Position numbers and translations under genes: made by a program. The notes under the pieces were generated by a model. It searched no databases, had not been told where the DNA came from, and saw only the letters and a program-made list of their open reading frames with translations. From Antedon mediterranea (lineage: Eukaryota; Animalia; Echinodermata): DNA of 64,000 nucleotides. Location of the stretch: assembly GCF_964355755.1 (NCBI RefSeq), contig NC_092671.1:16182001-16246000 (forward strand), read 5' to 3'. Shown here one piece after another: positions 58,301-64,000 of the stretch (position 1 is its first letter; each line of letters opens with the position of its first letter).

Positions 58301-59819
58301 ATACATGTCCACCTGGCGGACTAGGTCCAGAGAGCAACCAACCACGCGTGTCAGTACTTGTCAAAAATAAACATTGTCTTAACTCACTATAATACTTCCA
58401 GTAATCATAATTAACATTGCGATATCGATCCGTATTTATGAAATGCCAATGGAGTTCTACGATACTAGATAAATGATAGTGTGACAAACCGGGAGGGGTG
58501 GGCTAAAATTACACAAATTTAAACAGAACTATGCTTTATATTTGTATCTTACGTTACCCCATAAAGTGTGCACACCCTTTAAGGTGAGATTAGTCCGCAA
58601 TATCATTAGATTTCAAGACTTATGAAGCGATATATATATAATTCCAGGTTCGAATCTTGTTTTATGTGGCTTTTCCCTTTCTACTTGTCACTGGGCGGTT
58701 TAGCGTTTGTAGATTTATATATGATGATATACACATACACTATACAATACATACAGGTTTAAACGAGACCATTTTGTCTGCGTTATTTTATTTTTATTTA
58801 AGTTGTCTAAAGATGAAATATTATGCATAATGCATTTTACATTATAGTTTTATGAAAATTGTGTTGATTTTATTTACAAAATGGCATTCCCAGTTGAGGC
58901 ATATAACCAAAGCGCTGTGAACCGATTGTATAAAAATTCTCCCCGAAGAATTAACGTCTAAAACTAAAATAAATATTCTGCGATTCAATTGCAAAATATT
59001 TATAGAGACTGTGTTTCAATTTGTTAGTTAAAAATAATTATCTGTATTATACAAATACTAAACCTAACTGAATAAAATAAAATAAAATAAAATAAAATAA
59101 CTAAACGCAATTAATAAAATCGTAATTAAGTTATATTGTTGGAGTGACGAAACTATACAAAACATCAGAATAAAGTATACCTATTTGCATATCAATCGTT
59201 GATATCCATGTAAAAACATAACCAGAGGATAACTGAAGAAATTATCAATATAGATAACATTTACATTATAATACCTTTAGTATATAATGTTAATTACAAA
59301 ATTGAATTAAAATTCATGATCTCGGTCAGACTGATTTTTTGTATCGTTTCGTCACTCCAACAATATAACTTAATTACTCTACAGTATAGTTAAAAACAAT
59401 TACAATTCTGTTGGTGCAATACCCGCTGCTTACTTGGGCTCGAATCTATAACCCATAGCAATGAACGCATGCTCGGTGGTCTAGAGGTATGAACGCCAGG
59501 CAAGTGATCTGGAGGTCGTGGGTTCGAGCAGATAATTACTTGCGAATTTGCTTCGCATGCATTAGAGTAGGGCAAAAACATCTGACCAATTACTCAACAC
59601 CCTGACGCAAAGCTACTCCTATTTTAAATTAAATAAATTAAATAGTTACGATTAATACTATACTAAAACATATTTCTGCCTTACGTAACCAACAATAAAA
59701 ATGTATCAATAGTATTCTCATATCGATGAGGTTGCCATCACCCACTCCTCCCTAAATGTTGGCAAGTATAATAAACACAAAGTAAGTGCAAGTAATTTAC
59801 CGTAGGTTATGTTCAGCAT
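49240..59819 (-). CDS. Putative neuropeptide precursor of unassigned family, ~113 aa, 3 coding exons
   Basis: Exons 59801-59819 (tentative), 54732-54965 and 49240-49328 join through phase-1 GT-AG introns to give MLNITYVSCLVAMTVLLALLHVESVSA|RRGHPKSNFILMPG-RR-SPFDDLLQQENTRRDNILESATPDLLSEEDDSTKIDLELLREIEKWLKAQTSSKTYKKPFMQDAGENGEY*: hydrophobic signal ending VSA, amidation/cleavage motif G-RR, acidic associated peptide. Confidence 0.8.
50599..50757. mobile_element. MITE family A copy
   Basis: TIRs, TAA TSD on both sides. Confidence 0.85.
51415..51722. mobile_element. Kolobok-like MITE
   Basis: TTAA on both sides, TIR AGATGTATTGTCCC / GGGACAATATGTCT; related fragment at ~3851-3960. Confidence 0.7.
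52583..52828. mobile_element. Family D MITE plus a partial second copy
   Basis: Same core and termini. Confidence 0.7.
52900..53220 (-). mobile_element. Full-length tRNA-derived SINE with Deu/Nin-type core
   Basis: A box TGGCCGAGCGG, B box GGTTCGAGGC, core GGATAAGGACTATAAACCG..GGTCC...GAGTAGGGGGTTACCCCGGTGT, (CAAA)n tail. Confidence 0.85.
53915..54212 (-). mobile_element. 5'-truncated SINE with the same core and a different 3' tail
   Basis: 54109-54210 matches 53005-53117; the tail reads CAGCGCCTT...GGCGCTTTACAAAT-(AT)n. Confidence 0.75.
54732..54965 (-). CDS. Neuropeptide precursor main exon (signal peptide and amidated peptide)
   Basis: ttattcag acceptor, 234-nt open frame SCLVAMTVLLALLHVESVSARRGHPKSNFILMPGRR..., G|gtaaac donor. 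Confidence 0.85.
55007..55325. mobile_element. CACTA/EnSpm-like MITE
   Basis: CATTGTAAAAA...TTTTTACAATG termini, TA flanks, sub-terminal inverted GTGTGGAGCTTTT/AAAAGCTCCACAC. Confidence 0.6.
55560..57492. repeat. Tandem array of a ~527-bp unit (about 3.5 copies)
   Basis: GTGAACGTAGTGACG recurs at ~55631, 56157, 56684 and 57287; units near-identical. Confidence 0.93.
59122..59377. mobile_element. Foldback MITE with ~46-bp TIR
   Basis: GTAATTAAGTTATATTGTTGGAGTGACGAAAC and its perfect reverse complement. Confidence 0.75.
59468..59535 (+). repeat. tRNA-derived SINE head or tRNA pseudogene
   Basis: GGTGGTCTAGAGG (A box) and GGTTCGAGC (B box); no complete cloverleaf. Confidence 0.45.
59801..59819 (-). 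CDS. Candidate first coding exon of the neuropeptide precursor
   Basis: ATG CTG AAC ATA ACC TAC G|gtaaat is phase 1 and completes a 27-aa signal peptide. The in-exon ATG at 54948 is an alternative start. Confidence 0.5.
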
Positions 59820-60509
59820 CCCGACCCCCTATTTAAAACTTCTTGACCCACCACCGCACCGGATCAGTCTCTATCGCAGGAAAACAAAATGTGAAGTACT
59901 GTAGCATAATAACTAAGATTAATTATTACACTAGTTGGATTTTTTAGTGGTAGTAAAATTAGTAGAACCGGTTGCCGGAAATCTGTGTGTTGGTATGTCA
60001 TATTGCCAATAGCTCTTAAAGTTAAAGAATTAAACAAGAAAGTAAAAAGATGCATGCAATGTTTATACAGCTGTATACATACAGTATACATTTACCGGAT
60101 CACTTGATTCTCATGTGAATTACATTGCTATTATGCCTCATAATTGGTTTACCAACGCATTCCGCTTACCATTTTAAAAGCTTCTTAACTTCAATATTTC
60201 AATACTTCTATATACATTTTTCTTTCTTAAAAGATAAAAATGACAATTACATCCGACAATGTTTTTCATAATATTTTCCTGAATTTGTCTGACCTGCGCC
60301 GTTTAGCAAAATATTCCGATGTCGTAATCTTGTTGATGATTCTTGTATAATTTATGGAATATAGTAATTTGGTTTAATGGGGATGGGGTTTAATAAACGA
60401 GATCATAACATTCTCTTTTAATTTACTAACACATATGAAACTTTCACTAGGAACGAGAAGTATCTTGATTTGTAAAATTACAGTGATCACTTGGAGCAGC
60501 TATTCAATT

Positions 60510-60700
60510 CCGATCTCTCGATCAAAAGGATTATGAGTTCGAATCGTATCCCATGACAGTCATTAATTTGGTTAGTGGTCCTTGAGCAAGTCACTTTACC
60601 TATCGATTCGCTTCACCCAGTATTTTATAGATTTGTATACCGACAATTTAACCTTCATGGTATTCAAGGGGAGCTGACAGTCAAATCCTACGGTACACAA
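60510..60700 (+). repeat. Degenerate CORE-like SINE
   Basis: GTTCGAATC B box followed by GTCCTTGAGCAAGTCACTTTACC. Confidence 0.5.
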
Positions 60701-63700
60701 ACTAATTGACAAGGTCTGGACATTATTTACTACCGATTTTATTACAAAGTTAATAATGAATACTACAATAGAACCCCCTCCCCACCCCCCAAGTGTCCCT
60801 GTGATTGCGGTGAATTTGTTTGTAATGTTAAAGCATGATGTTTCTCCTCGAAAATGTTTCTTTAATATCAATAATGGTGTCCCATGAATGGGATGTCCCA
60901 TCTACTTTATGTATTTTGTCAGGAGGAAAATAGCAAAAGGCTTCCTACTTTCTGAAGTTTTATCAGATAATCTATTTGTTTTGATAACTTTTATAACATG
61001 ACCACAGTGCTGACTTTTACCCCCCCCCCCCTAACTGTATTACTTTCATTTGTATTTACTTTTGATATGCAACATTTTCCTATAATATTAGTACACACTA
61101 CATAAACGTGATTGTAAGACTGAACCACACTATACGCGTCTATATTTACAGCTAATTAACGCACTGTTCAGCTTTGAATTATTATCGAATCAAAATAGCT
61201 TAATAACCAATCAATATCTTATTTTGAATAACTTACTGTTGTTAATTCCTCCAACGTGAGTTTTACTCCTTTTTCGGTCATTGATTTATAACAATATATT
61301 CCAAGCATCATCGCGTGGTAAAACTATAACCTTTAAGTGGTTTATTGGATTCGATATCGTTATAAACTGTTAGTTTGATATGAAAGTAAAGTAAGGAAAT
61401 CGCTTGTTACTACAAGTTTAATTTATAGAATGTCGTATCAATCGGTAACTTGAAGACATTTACAATATCTTTTTGCTGAATGTGACAATCAGTGTGCTAA
61501 TCTTTTATTTATTATACGTTTCTGTATATCATTTATCTACAACTGATGCAATTTAAATAATTGACGATCATCGTGTTTTGTCTGGATTACATAGGATTAT
61601 ATTATATCGAATTAAATCTCAATTTATCTGTCAATACGCCAATTTGTTATTACGTAGCTTGAATGTGTTTTGTATCGTATACTATGATGTAGTTTTCGTT
61701 TGTTAGAAATAGACATTAAACAAATTAAAATGCCCAAAACTCATTTCGGTGTTTTATTGGGGTTAATACAGTTTCCTCGTAATACGGGAAATGATTATTG
61801 ACCTTCTTAAAGGCGGTTTTCCACTATACGAATTTTTCGCGCGAATTTATCGTGTTCACTAATGCGCATGCGTATTAATATCATCTACTTTTTGTGACGT
61901 GGAACAATGCGCAACCAATCTTAAAACATCATGTTCGAATCGCGTCGTGGATATATTCGCTAAGGGAAAACAGACTTTAGACTTTATACCATAATTGACC
62001 CAATCTCTGCACTTTTTGTATAGGCCTACTTGCCATCTTGTGATTTCTGCTGTTATTGTATTTTCAAGAATACGGTAACTATATATGGTAGTAACAGAGA
62101 GGTTTATTAGAAGTTCTTTATTAAGACTATGTGACGTAAGACTATCGAATGTATTTTGTTGATTCAATAAATCATTATTTTTAAAGCCAGTAACATATTG
62201 TTAACCATGCCGTACTTTATATAATTACTTTATTTATCACATTCAATTATTGAAGGCCATATTAACCTATTAAAAATCGATTAAGTTATCAGAGCTATAA
62301 TCAATCCCACACGGCTTCATTATGATGCGATCAAGTGATCATTATCAAACTTGTATACAGCGTAGTAATATAATAACACCTAATATATACTAATACTGTT
62401 GTTGGGGGACTGTACTCTTTTCTCCTAGATTGTAAGGATGAAACTAGATATGAATTCGTCCCCAGGACGAGTTGGGTGCACTAAAGCATTCACGGAGAAC
62501 GTGTTCGGAGGCAATTCATTGTTTGTAAAAGCATGGAGGAAAAAACAACACGTTTCTCAATGTCGATAGAACCTTTACCAGATATAGACGCCAAAGTAGG
62601 CTAATAATGATTAGTGCATTATTGACAATGTCCACATAAAGTATCGTAACTTTAGCAATACGGAAAAATATAGCATTGCAACCATTATTATTACACATTA
62701 ATCTAGTTAAACCACGTTTTATTTAATGCCTATACATTGTTATGAATTGGAATTTGTAAAATAAAACGCAATTATTGTTTAGAGACCATATTGATTTTGA
62801 AGTTTCAAATGCAAAGAATATCAGAATATGATCGATGTCAATTAACAACATACAATTGCTCCCAAGTATAATACATACAATTGTAATTTGGTTGAACATA
62901 AATATGTAAGTCGTTATTATCGCAACTGAGTGCTGATCAAACACTTCTAGAACAAGCATACAACATACACAACGACGGAATTCTAATATTATAGCTCCTA
63001 ATGTACATAGTAATCAATAACACATAACATGAGAGAGTATCTATACTACTCCACATCGCAAGTTTAAAATGATATGAAGTCCATCCTTTACCGAATTTAA
63101 AACATGTAATAAAATAATAAAGTTCAATTTAATATAGCGAAAAATATATGGCGCCTGTAACCGCTGAACAATCAACAGAACAATTGTTAAAAGAGCAAAA
63201 CATTAATGATAAACGGGACAATTAAAACAGTGGGGTTGAATGTGCCGAGCGATGCAGCGTTCCTGATTGAGTTTATTATTTTATCTGGTACATTTTTTAT
63301 TCATTGATTTATAAATCACTTGCTATATCTTGGTATCTTTATTAAACATTAAAATATTGTTAGCCAAATGGTGAATTGTTACTTTTTTACAATACAAAAA
63401 TTAAATATCAATTATATAGGCCTACATTATATTGAAACGACATAAAAAATTCGAAAATTTAAATTAACTTACATAAAATCTAATACAATTTTAAAATAAA
63501 GAAAAAGAATGCCAAAACGTTATGTAAAATATACTGGAAATAAACGAATAGAAATAAACCCATGCTTTTTGAAATCCTGAAAATATTAAGCATTTTAAGT
63601 AACAGATCAACCCGCCAAGCCGAACGCATTGAAAAACGCTGCGTTTGAAATTACCGCATTTCTCAGCCGATTCTCGTACGGCGGTAGACATAAATATCGT

Positions 63701-64000
63701 ACAAGATGCAATTGCGTTTCTCTACTTCACATCAGTTACATAATATAGGCATTTCTAGTTCTAGCTAATAATGTAACGTATTCTTTATTTCATGGTCCGG
63801 TAAAGAGTCTCCGTTACTGAAACGAAAGTCAGCAATAATGAACTGATATACGATTGTTGTGAATATTTCGTATCGAAACATTATGCCATCGTTGATTTTG
63901 AAAACAAAGGAGATCATGGTTATTATTTACACCACAGGGAACATAGTCATTTTCAAATCCTAAAAATAGTATGTTATAATTTTCCATGATAGTTTTAGTC

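Noticed and set aside
60160-60180. ATG|gtaagc as first exon of the neuropeptide gene
   Set aside because: Phase 0 gives an early stop (TTT CAT GCC TAG) in the next exon; the 59801-59819 candidate fits the phase.

Overview
AT-rich animal genomic DNA, probably from an invertebrate deuterostome such as an echinoderm. That assignment is an inference from vertebrate-like intron positions and a Deu/Nin-type SINE. Four spliced genes were reconstructed by hand from GT-AG exons. (1) AP-3 complex sigma subunit, minus strand, 6 exons, 187 aa. (2) Cysteine dioxygenase CDO1, plus strand, 5 exons, 197 aa, head-to-head with AP3S as at the human CDO1/AP3S1 locus. (3) CDK2-type PSTAIRE kinase, plus strand, 7 exons, 299 aa, with a short uORF and a duplicated 3' region. 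(4) A minus-strand 3-exon gene for a ~113-aa secreted precursor with neuropeptide architecture (signal peptide, RRGHPKSNFILMP-G-RR, acidic tail) that I cannot assign to a known family; this is the most novel-looking item. The rest is intron or intergenic DNA dense in non-autonomous transposons (Harbinger-, Tc1/pogo-, P-, Merlin-, Kolobok-, CACTA- and Helitron/Helentron-like), SINEs, LINE fragments and tandem duplications. Most short ORFs in the supplied track are spurious.
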